DNA of 64,000 nucleotides. Origin: Planctomycetota bacterium (GTDB lineage Bacteria > Planctomycetota > Planctomycetia > JALXBF01). Position numbers and translations under genes: made by a program. The notes under the pieces are model-generated. The model saw only the letters and a list, made by a program, of their open reading frames with translations, made no database searches and was not told where the DNA came from. This document shows positions 10,401-18,467 of the stretch, one piece after another (positions within the stretch are counted from its first letter, which is position 1; the number at the start of each line of letters is the position of its first letter). The stretch covers positions 1-64,000 of the forward strand of contig JALXBF010000065.1 of NCBI GenBank assembly GCA_026991575.1, in the 5' to 3' direction.

Positions 10401-11573
10401 CACCCTGCCTTTCGACGCTACAAAGACCCCGTCGCCTCTGGGATAGCCGGGCGGTGTCAGCGCCATGCCGACTGGGCTGACGAGTTGACCGTCGTTCTTC
10501 CAGAAGAGTCGCACGCGATCCTCGAGACCGTCACCGTCTGTGTCGTTGAGCAGATAAATGTTTCCGTTGTAACCCAGAGCCACAAGGGTGCCATCTGGCC
10601 GGTAGCGCACGTTATTGATGTTCTTGAGCTTGACGGGCAGCTCACGGACGCGAAAGCCACCCACCAGTAGCTGCACGTCCGGAGGATTTGAGACCGTTTG
10701 CTTGCCGCCAGACTGACGGGTTGCATTCTCGATCCTGATCTGGTGGGCTGCCCTGCGATACTTCCACTGAAGAGCACGCGTCACACGTTGCCTTACCTCC
10801 TGCGGCAACACGCGATCAAAGACCAGCACTTCTGCGATGTCACCGTGGAAGAACCCCCTGGTCCACGGCTCGGCTGCCCTGAAGCGATAGTGCCGGGCAC
10901 CGATGGTGATCTCATCGGCGCGGATCGTGTGCGGTTGCCATGGGCGACTGCCGTGTGGTTGGCCATCAACCTCCAGGATCACGCAGCGCTGACTAGGAGA
11001 TGCCACGATGCAAAACACCGCCAGCGTCCGAAGGGGACGCGGTCGGAGCAACAGGTTCTTTGGCCCTTCGAAGCCACTCCCCTCGACGTTGACAAAGCTC
11101 AACTCGCGGGTGAATCCGGGCCCTAGGTCCACGGTGAGACCGGTCTGGTAATCGTTCTTGTTGGTTTCATTCGCCGCCAGCATTGCCCGAAATCCGCCGG
11201 GGTTCGTCATGGTTCTGGCGACGATGAAGAGCGTCAGCTGTTGGAACGCAAGGCCGGTGCGTTCGGCGCGTAAGCTTTGTCGCTGGCCGGCAAAGCGAAT
11301 GAACCAGCGGTCGGCGATGGAGACGAGGAAGGGCCGCTGCTCGCTGGCGGGTTGCGCAAAGAGCAGTCGGCGGTCTGTGCGGTCACGCCAGCCGGGTAGG
11401 ACCACAGGGCTCTGTTCAGGCCTGAGTCCGCGCTGCTCGGCTTCGTAGGTGGCGTCCAGCCAGAGGGCCAGGCCATCAGGCAGCGGCTGGCGGCTTTTCG
11501 CTTCCTGGAGCTGCGCGACGGCTACGTCGGCCGCCAGGACAAGTGAGATGAGCAATCCTACGAGGAACTTCAT
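7434..11573 (-). CDS. PVC-type haem-c dehydrogenase-like protein with N-terminal LamG-like domain and C-terminal ThuA-like domain
   Basis: Signal peptide; LWLDA...FHGDIAEVLVFDRVL (LamG-like); DTDGDG propeller; CGKCH...IGPDLS...SVMPE; KDHGPNEHDY and GRVFVCIPGH (ThuA-like). Confidence 0.8.
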   Translation of the reverse strand: MKFLVGLLISLVLAADVAVAQLQEAKSRQPLPDGLALWLDATYEAEQRGLRPEQSPVVLPGWRDRTDRRLLFAQPASEQRPFLVSIADRWFIRFAGQRQSLRAERTGLAFQQLTLFIVARTMTNPGGFRAMLAANETNKNDYQTGLTVDLGPGFTRELSFVNVEGSGFEGPKNLLLRPRPLRTLAVFCIVASPSQRCVILEVDGQPHGSRPWQPHTIRADEITIGARHYRFRAAEPWTRGFFHGDIAEVLVFDRVLPQEVRQRVTRALQWKYRRAAHQIRIENATRQSGGKQTVSNPPDVQLLVGGFRVRELPVKLKNINNVRYRPDGTLVALGYNGNIYLLNDTDGDGLEDRVRLFWKNDGQLVSPVGMALTPPGYPRGDGVFVASKGRVSLIVDTDGDDCADKTMVVTSGWEPLPHGVDALGVALDEEGNLYFGLGTANFGNPYLVDDQGRPHYRLDSPRGTIQKVSPDFRRRETVCTGIRFSVALAFNRYGDLFCTDQEGATWLPNGNPFDELLWIRPGRHYGFPPRHPRYLPNVIDEPSLYDYGPQHQSACGLVFNEPIRSAAPVFGPAWWRGNAFVCGESRGVLYRTALARTAYGYVARTQIIARLQHLTVDACLGPNGELVVATHSGLPDWGTGPEGFGHLYKIEPDRSELSRPVFAYAASPTELHVVFDRPLRGEHWRSIHEKAELIYGRFVRAGERYETLAPPYQIVQMQLASKRYRLPIYSSRLADDGHTLVFRTGPQARGVWYALTLPRADASGHGDGIRQDPYIDLDYTLNGTLLEVLAPDGRKLWGGWLPHVDLDAARTFTAASRPHSQLWHLRAAGTRWHFRTQLRLDHMLRPQKQIGTELADELPPEEVTVRFLANCPLELTVDKGRISTVSGRAAVPPRLHELSREQQVGWWQEFTVTVGRRVAWPVQLVLRPIANPVRLVVAYRTNEDPRWRPLPCEKLLLPWATVETDEAVGEDLGSLRPELREASWGRGRQLFFGKKASCGKCHRIRGRGGQIGPDLSNLIHRDYESVKRDILEPSYAINPDFVSYRLLLKSGRVLIGPVRTVGNRIIVGTGEGEEITVERTEVELMQPSPRSVMPEDIGKRLTAQELRDVLAFLLLPPPRMPLVAEPAAPPPRTRADVLQRVAEAQVPSDALRPLKIVLVAGPKDHGPNEHDYPAWQRAWAELLGGARDVQIVTRWFWPQPEDYETADVIVFYRRLNFRRAEGPRMDRFLARGGGLVFVHWAVHGGEAPRELARRIGLASGGRVRFRHGPLSLRAPKGQPHPITAGLDGLDLVDESYWGLVRGRDDLRVLLTSREDGEDRPQVWCVEHNPGRVFVCIPGHYSWTFDDPLYRLLLLRGIAWAAGEPVDRFQELIWPGARVR

Positions 11574-11758
11574 CTTCTTGCCTCCGGCGCTAGGGGGGTC
11601 GGAGTTTGGGGGGGCCAGCGCCGCTGGTAACCATTGGGGCAGGAAGGCAGGTTGAGGTGGGCCAGCGTCACGGCAGTGCTGGTCCGGTCGGCTCGCCGGT
11701 GCGACAACAGCGTGGCAGGGGCCAAGGGTGGGGCCGACCGCCGAGCGTTTCGGCCATG

Positions 11759-12844
11759 CTATCGTTCAATGCGAGCCGATCCTCCTCGAGCGAACGCCTC
11801 CACCTGCTCCAGGGTAGCCATTGTGGTATCGCCGGGGAAGGTTGTCAGCAACGCGCCGTGGGCCCAGCCGAGACGTACGGCCTCCTCCGGTTCCCGACCG
11901 GTCATCAACCCGTAGAACAACCCGGCTGCGAAGCCGTCGCCGCCGCCGACGCGATCGTACACGTCCAGATCGCAGGTCGGAGCCTGGTAGAGTCCGCCGT
12001 CGATCCACGCCACGGCGCTCCAGCGGTGCCGGCAGCTGCTCAGCACTTCGCGCAGCGTGGTGGCCACAACCTTCAAACGGGGAAACTCTGCAACGACCTG
12101 GGAGATCATTTCGGCAAAGACCGCCGGGTCGAGTTTGGAGGTCTTGGTTACTTCTGGGCCAGGGATCCCAAGCCCCTTCTGAAGGTCCTCCTCATTGCCA
12201 ACGAGTACGTCGACATGCTCGACGATGCGGCGCAAGGTGCTAACGGCCCGGTCCAGACCGCCCGCCGCGCGCCACAATTTCTCCCGGTAGTTGAGGTCGA
12301 ACGAGACGACGGCCCCGGCTCGGTGGGCCGCTTGCATTCCTTCGATGATCAGCTCTGGTGTGGTCTCCGACAGCGACGCAAAGATGCCGCCGCTGTGAAA
12401 CCACCGCACGCCCTGGCCAAAGATCTCGTCCCAGTCAAAGTCGCCGGGCTTCAGCAGCGCAGCGGCTTCGTTCGAACGGTTGTAGAAGACCACCGGTGCA
12501 CGGACGCCGAACCCTCGGTCACTGTAAACCGTGGCCATGTTCGGTCCTCGCACGCCGTCGTGGGCGAACCGCTTGTAGATGCCGTCGACGCCCATGGAGC
12601 GAATGCGCTGCGCGATCAGCTCGCCGATCGGGTAATCGACCAAGGCAGTGACGATGGCCGTGCGCATTCGGAAGCAGTCGGCCAGATTGGCAGCGACGTT
12701 GTACTCGCCGCCGCTGACATGGATCTGGCACTCGGTTGCCTTGCGGAAAGGCACCACGCCGGGATCAAGTCGGTGGACCATGGCGCCGAGGGCGATGAGG
12801 TCGTACTTGCCGTCATCAGGAATGTTCAGGCCGTAGCGGTCCAT
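11759..12844 (-). CDS. kdgK: PfkB-family sugar kinase, 2-keto-3-deoxygluconate kinase-like
   Basis: GGEYNVA, SFDLNYREKLW, GNEED, DRVGGGDGFAAG motifs; start re-picked at MDRYGLNIP. Confidence 0.8.
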   Translation of the reverse strand: MDRYGLNIPDDGKYDLIALGAMVHRLDPGVVPFRKATECQIHVSGGEYNVAANLADCFRMRTAIVTALVDYPIGELIAQRIRSMGVDGIYKRFAHDGVRGPNMATVYSDRGFGVRAPVVFYNRSNEAAALLKPGDFDWDEIFGQGVRWFHSGGIFASLSETTPELIIEGMQAAHRAGAVVSFDLNYREKLWRAAGGLDRAVSTLRRIVEHVDVLVGNEEDLQKGLGIPGPEVTKTSKLDPAVFAEMISQVVAEFPRLKVVATTLREVLSSCRHRWSAVAWIDGGLYQAPTCDLDVYDRVGGGDGFAAGLFYGLMTGREPEEAVRLGWAHGALLTTFPGDTTMATLEQVEAFARGGSARIER

Positions 12845-12985
12845 TCGACGGTCTCCATTGGTTGCCACAGCTGGTCCTGCAGGAACGCGACAAGCAAGCA
12901 AAGCTACCGGACCGAGTAGACTATCACTATACTTCGTCACGGCGCCGTCGACGCAAGCTCGTGATGGCAACGGGAGGCAGAAGCT

Positions 12986-13762
12986 GTGGCGCACCGACTC
13001 CTGGATCTTGAAGGTCGTGTAGCTGTGGTGGTTGGCGGTACGTCCGGGTTAGGACGGACGATAGCGTTGGGGTTGGCCGAAGCGGGGGCGGACGTGGTCG
13101 TTGGTGGTCGACGGGTGGAGTTGATCGAGAAGGCAGCGAAGCAAATCCGCGCGCTGGGGCGGCGGAGCCTAGTGCATGGCGTCGACGTCCGTGACCGACG
13201 GTCGATCGACGCATTTCGGGACGCCATCCTCGGTGAGCTGGGCCGCGTCGATGTACTGGTCAACTCGGCGGGAATTACGCTGAAGAAGCCAACGGTCGAA
13301 CTGACCGAGGAGGAGTGGCAGCGGATCCTCGACGTGAATCTCACCGGTACATTGCGCGCGTGCCAGGCATTCTTCGAGCCGCTTCGGGCCAGTGGCTCGG
13401 GCCGCGTGATCAACATCGCGTCGCTGACATCGTTCGTAGCGTTTCACGAGGTCGCTGCTTACGGTGCGTCGAAAGCGGGCGTGCTCGCACTGACCAAAAG
13501 CCTAGCCGAGGAGTGGGCACCTTACGGCATTTGCGTCAACGCCATTGCCCCCGGCGTGTTCCGCACTGCTCTGAACGCGCACCTGCTGGACAACACGGAG
13601 CGTGGTCGGGAGCTGCTGATGCGGACGCCGATGAGACGGTTCGGGCAGCCGGAAGAACTGGTCGCCGCGGCTGTGCTGCTGGCATCGCCCGGCGCCAGCT
13701 TCATCACCGGTCAGTGCATCGCCGTGGATGGCGGCTTCCTGGCCTCGGGTGTGAACACGTAG
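12986..13762 (+). CDS. Short-chain dehydrogenase/reductase (KduD/gluconate 5-dehydrogenase-like)
   Basis: GGTSGLG, NSAG, YGASK, NAIAPG, VDGG motifs; divergent from the kdgK-like gene. Confidence 0.85.
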   Translation: MAHRLLDLEGRVAVVVGGTSGLGRTIALGLAEAGADVVVGGRRVELIEKAAKQIRALGRRSLVHGVDVRDRRSIDAFRDAILGELGRVDVLVNSAGITLKKPTVELTEEEWQRILDVNLTGTLRACQAFFEPLRASGSGRVINIASLTSFVAFHEVAAYGASKAGVLALTKSLAEEWAPYGICVNAIAPGVFRTALNAHLLDNTERGRELLMRTPMRRFGQPEELVAAAVLLASPGASFITGQCIAVDGGFLASGVNT

Positions 13763-13835
13763 GCGAGCCGACTAATTGCCGTGCTGCTCGGGAACAGCCG
13801 CTAGCCGTCCAGACGGTCACAGTGCGGCAAGGGAG

Positions 13836-14861
13836 CTAATCTTGCGTCTCGTCGCCTTCCCACTCGCGCACCGTGTCAACAAACGCTTGGAAGTTCTCGG
13901 GCTTAGCATCCTTGGGCATGCCCTGGTTCAAGTTCACGATGTGTCGCTGCCCGCCGCCCTCGGACAGGCAGCGAAGCGTCGCCTGACGCACTTGCTCAGG
14001 CGTACCGTTGGCCAGAAGTTGGGCGTCGACGTTACCCTGAAAAGTCTGCCCTGGATACCGGTGCCGGCACGCCCGCAGATCATGACGCGTGCCCAGGCTG
14101 ACCGCGCTGCAGCCGCTGGCCACCATGCGATCCACATAGGGGCACTCGCGCACATAGAGGATGCTGGGCGCAGCAAGCCTTTGGAAAAGCCGCGAATGAT
14201 ATCGCTGAGCCCACTGCTCGTAGCGATCTGAGTCCAGCTCGCCCGCCCAGCTATCAAAAAGCTGCAGGACATCGGCTCCGCCCGTGGACATCACGTTCAG
14301 GAACTCGGCGGTCCGGTCAGCCAGCAACTCGAGCATCTCCTGCCACACGGTGGGATGCTCGGTGGCATAGCGGGCGGCAGCGGCCGTGTCCTTGCCAACG
14401 CCTACGCAGTAGCAGGCGACCGTGAACGGGGCCCCAGCAAAGGCGATAACGGGGAGTGCTTCTCTCAGCTCGCAGCGCACGATCGCGAGCACGCGAAGCA
14501 ACCGCTCGCACAGGTCGTGGGTCACCGGCTGCCGCAGCGGCGAAAGGTCGCGCGGAGAGCGCGGTACGAGTCGGCTTACCGGACCACGGCCCGGCTCAAA
14601 CGCAAAGGGCCAACCGAGCATCTGTGGCAGCGTGGTGATGTCGTAGAAGAGGATGATCGCGTCGACGCCAAAACGGCGGGGCAGCAGGCTGGCCTGGGCG
14701 GCGGCGTCCACGTCCGCGGCGAACTCATAGAAAGAGCGGCTGCCCCGCAGCTTCCGGAACTCCGGGTCCCATCGACCGGCCTGGCGCATGGCCCATACGG
14801 GGGGGCGAGGCAGAGGCAGGCCCAGGCAGGCCCGTACGAGCAGATGACCGGGCTCAGGCAC
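13836..14861 (-). CDS. hemE: Uroporphyrinogen decarboxylase
   Basis: PVWAMRQAGR, DAIILFYDI, FAGAPFT, QLFDSWAG, QGNVD; overlaps the 3' end of hemH. Confidence 0.9.
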   Translation of the reverse strand: MPEPGHLLVRACLGLPLPRPPVWAMRQAGRWDPEFRKLRGSRSFYEFAADVDAAAQASLLPRRFGVDAIILFYDITTLPQMLGWPFAFEPGRGPVSRLVPRSPRDLSPLRQPVTHDLCERLLRVLAIVRCELREALPVIAFAGAPFTVACYCVGVGKDTAAAARYATEHPTVWQEMLELLADRTAEFLNVMSTGGADVLQLFDSWAGELDSDRYEQWAQRYHSRLFQRLAAPSILYVRECPYVDRMVASGCSAVSLGTRHDLRACRHRYPGQTFQGNVDAQLLANGTPEQVRQATLRCLSEGGGQRHIVNLNQGMPKDAKPENFQAFVDTVREWEGDETQD

Positions 14862-15864
14862 CTTGCCGTTCCTCCGAATTCTCGATCCAGTGGCACGCTT
14901 CGCGCCGGACCAGCGTTGCCAGCGCCTTGATCCAACTGGGGTGATCGTTCAAGCAGGGGCAACGGATCAGTTCGGTACCGCCGTGTTGCCGAAACCACTG
15001 TGCAGCTTCGTAGCCGACCTCATCGATCGTTTCCAGGCAGTCGGTCGTGAATCCTGGTTGGACCACCAGCACCCGGCGGATCCCTTCTCGGGCCAGCTCG
15101 GCCAAGAGCTCCTCCAGATACGGCTGAAGCCACACAGCCCGGCCGAAGCGCGACTGGTACGCGATGAGCCAGTCGTCGTCACGGAGCCGGAGGGCTTCGG
15201 CCAAAAGCCTGGAGGTTGTCTGGACATGTTCCGGGTAGGGATCCCCTTTGCGCACGTAGGACAACGGGATGCCGTGGTAGGAGAAGATGAACTTCTCGGG
15301 CATGCTACCGGCCTGTCTCAGGGTCTCACGCACGCGCTGCGCCACGGCATCGATGTAGAGGGGGTCGGCGTAGAACGGCGGGACCAGCCGGATCGATGGC
15401 ACGACGCGCCGCTGCTGCAAGTCCCGGAACAGCGCGTCGTACGCCGAGGCGGTCGTGGTCGCGGAGTACTGGGGATAGAGGGCCAGAACGACGATCCGGT
15501 CGGCTCCTGCCGCGGTGAGCTCGGTGACCGCCAGACTAATCGGGGGGTTGCCATAGCGCATGCCGAACCGCACAAGGTACTGGTCACCGAGAGTTTCCTG
15601 GAGCAGGATCGCCTGGCGCCTGGTGTAGTGCAGCAGGGGCGAGCCGGTCTCAGGGTGCCAGATGCGAGCGTACTTTGCTGCCGAACTGAATGAACGGAAC
15701 GGAAGAACCCTAAAGTTGAGTACGAACCACCAGATGAGCCGGGGGGCTTCGATGACGCGGGGATCGCCCAGGAACTCGCGCAAGTAACGACGCACCGACC
15801 GGACGGTCGGTGCGTCGGGTGTGCCTAGCTGAATGAGGAGTACGCCGATGCGTCTGTTGGCCAT
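14854..15864 (-). CDS. hemH: Ferrochelatase
   Basis: QLGTPDAP, YLREFLGDPRV, GMRYGNP, LYPQYSATT, FSYHGIP, YQSRFG, WLQPY, DCLETIDE. Confidence 0.95.
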   Translation of the reverse strand: MANRRIGVLLIQLGTPDAPTVRSVRRYLREFLGDPRVIEAPRLIWWFVLNFRVLPFRSFSSAAKYARIWHPETGSPLLHYTRRQAILLQETLGDQYLVRFGMRYGNPPISLAVTELTAAGADRIVVLALYPQYSATTTASAYDALFRDLQQRRVVPSIRLVPPFYADPLYIDAVAQRVRETLRQAGSMPEKFIFSYHGIPLSYVRKGDPYPEHVQTTSRLLAEALRLRDDDWLIAYQSRFGRAVWLQPYLEELLAELAREGIRRVLVVQPGFTTDCLETIDEVGYEAAQWFRQHGGTELIRCPCLNDHPSWIKALATLVRREACHWIENSEERQGA

Positions 15865-15912
15865 GGACCCGGCATCCGGCGGCAGACCGGCGCGTGCCGT
15901 GCACGTTGCCGC

Positions 15913-16509
15913 CTACTTTGCCAGATTCTTCTTGATGTACTCGAGCACTTCCTGCGCGTGGCTGCGCACGTTCACCCTGTCATAGATCTTACGGATGACA
16001 CCCTTCTTGTCGATCACCAGGGTGATCCGCGCAGCAAAACGGCCACGGCCACAGCCAACAGCGTCGACCAGTTTCCTGTCCGGATCGATCGCCAGCGGGA
16101 ATGAGAGGTTCTGGTCGACGGCGAACTTCTTCTGGTCCTCAAACTGGTCCGTGCTCACACCAATGACGACCGTGTCCAGCTTCTCAAACGCTGCCAGCTT
16201 CTCACGGAAGCCGATCGCTTCGATCGTTCACCCAGGCGTCGATGCCTTGGGGAAGAAGTACAGGACTACGTTCTTCTTGCCTTTGTATTGGCTGAGGCGG
16301 ATCTTCTGTTTGACCGGCCTACCGTCCTTGATGAGCACGGCTGTCAGTTCAGCATCAGGAGCCGGGTCGCCTTCCTTGACCTTGAGTTGCAAAGCGGGCC
16401 GCTGCCTGCGACGCCGTTGGCGCTGCGCGGCAAGCGCCGGCGGCAGGCTTGACCAGAGGGCGACCGCGCCGGCTAGCTGAAGCCAAGCCCGTCGGCTAAG
16501 TTGCTTCAT
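15913..16509 (-). CDS. Bcp/PrxQ-family peroxiredoxin, probable selenoprotein (in-frame TGA at 16228-16230), with Tat-like signal peptide
   Basis: Track ORFs 16228..16578 and 15913..16158 share one frame; read-through gives VVLYFFPKASTPG-U-TIEAIGFREKL...VIGVSTD...LSFPLAIDPD...ARITLVIDKKG. SD GGAGGT precedes ATG 16509; N-terminus MKQLSRRAWLQLAGAVAL. Confidence 0.88.
16186..16220 (-). promoter_or_regulatory. Candidate bacterial SECIS stem-loop
   Basis: After the UGA: lower stem AAGCG/CGUUU, upper stem UCGGCUUC/GAAGCUGG, apical loop CGUGA; 21 nt separate the UGA from the loop. Confidence 0.65.
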
Positions 16510-16623
16510 GGTACCTACCTCCGCGTGAAACGCTGCCCGGATTGTCTCCGCTGCAAAGGGACCGTGGCGGGACGCCACGGGCGCGACTGTCCCGGGTCGG
16601 GCGGACTAGGGCAGGCGGGCGGC

Positions 16624-18090
16624 TCAGGGGCGCTCAAAGTGTTCCAATGCAGGATGGAAGCCTTCGCCGTCGTGGAACAGCGCGGCATGCGGGTACATTC
16701 CTAGGTGCTGGTTACCCAGGTGACTCCAGACCACAGCAGCCACGTTGGGCCGCGACGCAGCCACCTCCATGATACCTTCCAGCCACCGCGCTGCGACCTC
16801 ATGGGGAGCGGCCCCAGAAGGCCATCCAGCGGTATCTCCACTAACGATGGCCGCTTTACCATTTGCGGTGGGGCTGATCGGAGCGGCCAGGCTGATGACG
16901 AGCGGCAGATCGAGCGCGGCGAACCGCTCGAGCATGTACGTCGTCTCCAACAGGTCACGCGACCAGCTCAGCCCGCTGCCGGTGCTGTAGCCGAACGCCA
17001 GCTCGATGCCCAGGCCACGCAGGCCAAGCTCACTTCGGCTGAGCGTGTCGGCGAAGAACAGGCTGCCACAGTCGTCCATGCGTGCGGCGTACTCGGACCA
17101 GGGTTGGCCAATGGTGATGTAGTAGAAAGAGCGGCTGGCCAGATCATGAGCTGCCTGCAAGACCACAGCCGCCAGCTGCAGGCGCTGATTCATGTCGAAC
17201 AATAACGCCGGGCCACAGTTGAGTCTGGAAGCCAGTTCCCAGATGCGTACCCGCGAGGCGTACCGCGCTAGCACTGCTCGGAGGAAGTCACGCGTGAAGC
17301 TGCAGACGGTCTCAAAGTCATCGGCCCAAAGCCAGAGCCAATCAGGCAGGGCTAGCTTTTCCCAGCACACTAGCGGTCCAACGCCGACGTTCAGCTGGAG
17401 CTGCTCGCAACGCGCCAGCGCCCGATCGAGCCGGTCCCAGGCGTATTCGCCTTGCTCCGGCTCAAGTTCACTCCAGGGCACCAGCAGCTGGACCGCGCCG
17501 AAATGCCTGGCGATCACCTGGGGATCGACCGTCTCCAGGTCCTCAGGCGTGACGCGCACGAGTGTCAGCGGCATGCGCCCGAGGGCTCTGCGTTGCGTGC
17601 GCACACACTGCGCGTAGCGGCGGATAAGCTCATCACCGAGCTGGACGAGCCGCTTGAGGCAGTCTGCGGAAATGTCGGCGATCTCGTCCGCGGTTGCGTA
17701 ATAGACAAGGTGCAAGAACTGTTTGATCAGCTGGCGTACTGACGAACGGGCGGCTTGACCGAAATCGAACCCCTCCTCCTCAAGCTGCCGCTGTATCTCG
17801 CACACACGGGCGAGCTTGCCCCGGACCAGCTCCACGTTCAAGTCGTACGGCTCGAGCCGCTCGGCTAACGTCGTGGTCGCCAGTCCCAGACCGCCGAGTT
17901 CAGGCACCGGCCAGTACACGTGCAGCCCACCGCTCTCGCTTACCTCCGTGATACACTGCATCAGTCCTGGCCGAAGATCCACCCAGGTGCGCCATGGAGC
18001 ATGTTCGAAGCCGGTCAAGTAGGCCTCTCGCAACGCCGGCCAGCGCTCTGCCAGATCGGGCGGCTCAAACGAAAAACGCATTACGCCCAT
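16624..18090 (-). CDS. Conserved hypothetical protein with GH10/GH-A-like TIM-barrel C-terminal domain
   Basis: WSELEPEQGEYAWDRLDRAL, GPLVCW, LPDWL, ARYASRVRIWE resemble GH10; catalytic glutamates not evident; start re-picked at MGVMRF. Confidence 0.6.
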   Translation of the reverse strand: MGVMRFSFEPPDLAERWPALREAYLTGFEHAPWRTWVDLRPGLMQCITEVSESGGLHVYWPVPELGGLGLATTTLAERLEPYDLNVELVRGKLARVCEIQRQLEEEGFDFGQAARSSVRQLIKQFLHLVYYATADEIADISADCLKRLVQLGDELIRRYAQCVRTQRRALGRMPLTLVRVTPEDLETVDPQVIARHFGAVQLLVPWSELEPEQGEYAWDRLDRALARCEQLQLNVGVGPLVCWEKLALPDWLWLWADDFETVCSFTRDFLRAVLARYASRVRIWELASRLNCGPALLFDMNQRLQLAAVVLQAAHDLASRSFYYITIGQPWSEYAARMDDCGSLFFADTLSRSELGLRGLGIELAFGYSTGSGLSWSRDLLETTYMLERFAALDLPLVISLAAPISPTANGKAAIVSGDTAGWPSGAAPHEVAARWLEGIMEVAASRPNVAAVVWSHLGNQHLGMYPHAALFHDGEGFHPALEHFERP

Positions 18091-18467
18091 GGACTTCTTC
18101 CCTTGCGCCCCGCTGCCTTTGCACGAGTTGCGCAACAATTGTCCTTCGAGCCTGGGAGCAGTACACTTCCAGGCACACAGACACGCGCTGCTGACGTTGC
18201 CAGGGTAGGTCGGCCCGCTTTGCCTAACTTTACCCAGCGGAGCCCGTCCTTGCCAGTGGCCCAAGTCGCCCGGAGCCTGGGCCGCAATCCGGGGACGCGG
18301 TGTGGACATACCGCTGGGGACGACTGGACCTGACGCGAAACGAAGATGCTTGACGCCGAGCGGGCCGGCTCGGCTACCGGGAGCCGCACTGCCTGTCGTG
18401 GCGGGTATTTGTGACAGCGCGGTGAACTGTTGTACGATCCGTGGTGACCTTCCCCTTGGAGTCGGTT

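Noticed and set aside
15913..16578. Peroxiredoxin pseudogene or two small separate ORFs
   Set aside because: The only lesion is a TGA exactly at the catalytic Cys, both halves are intact and a SECIS-like hairpin follows; Sec recoding explains this better
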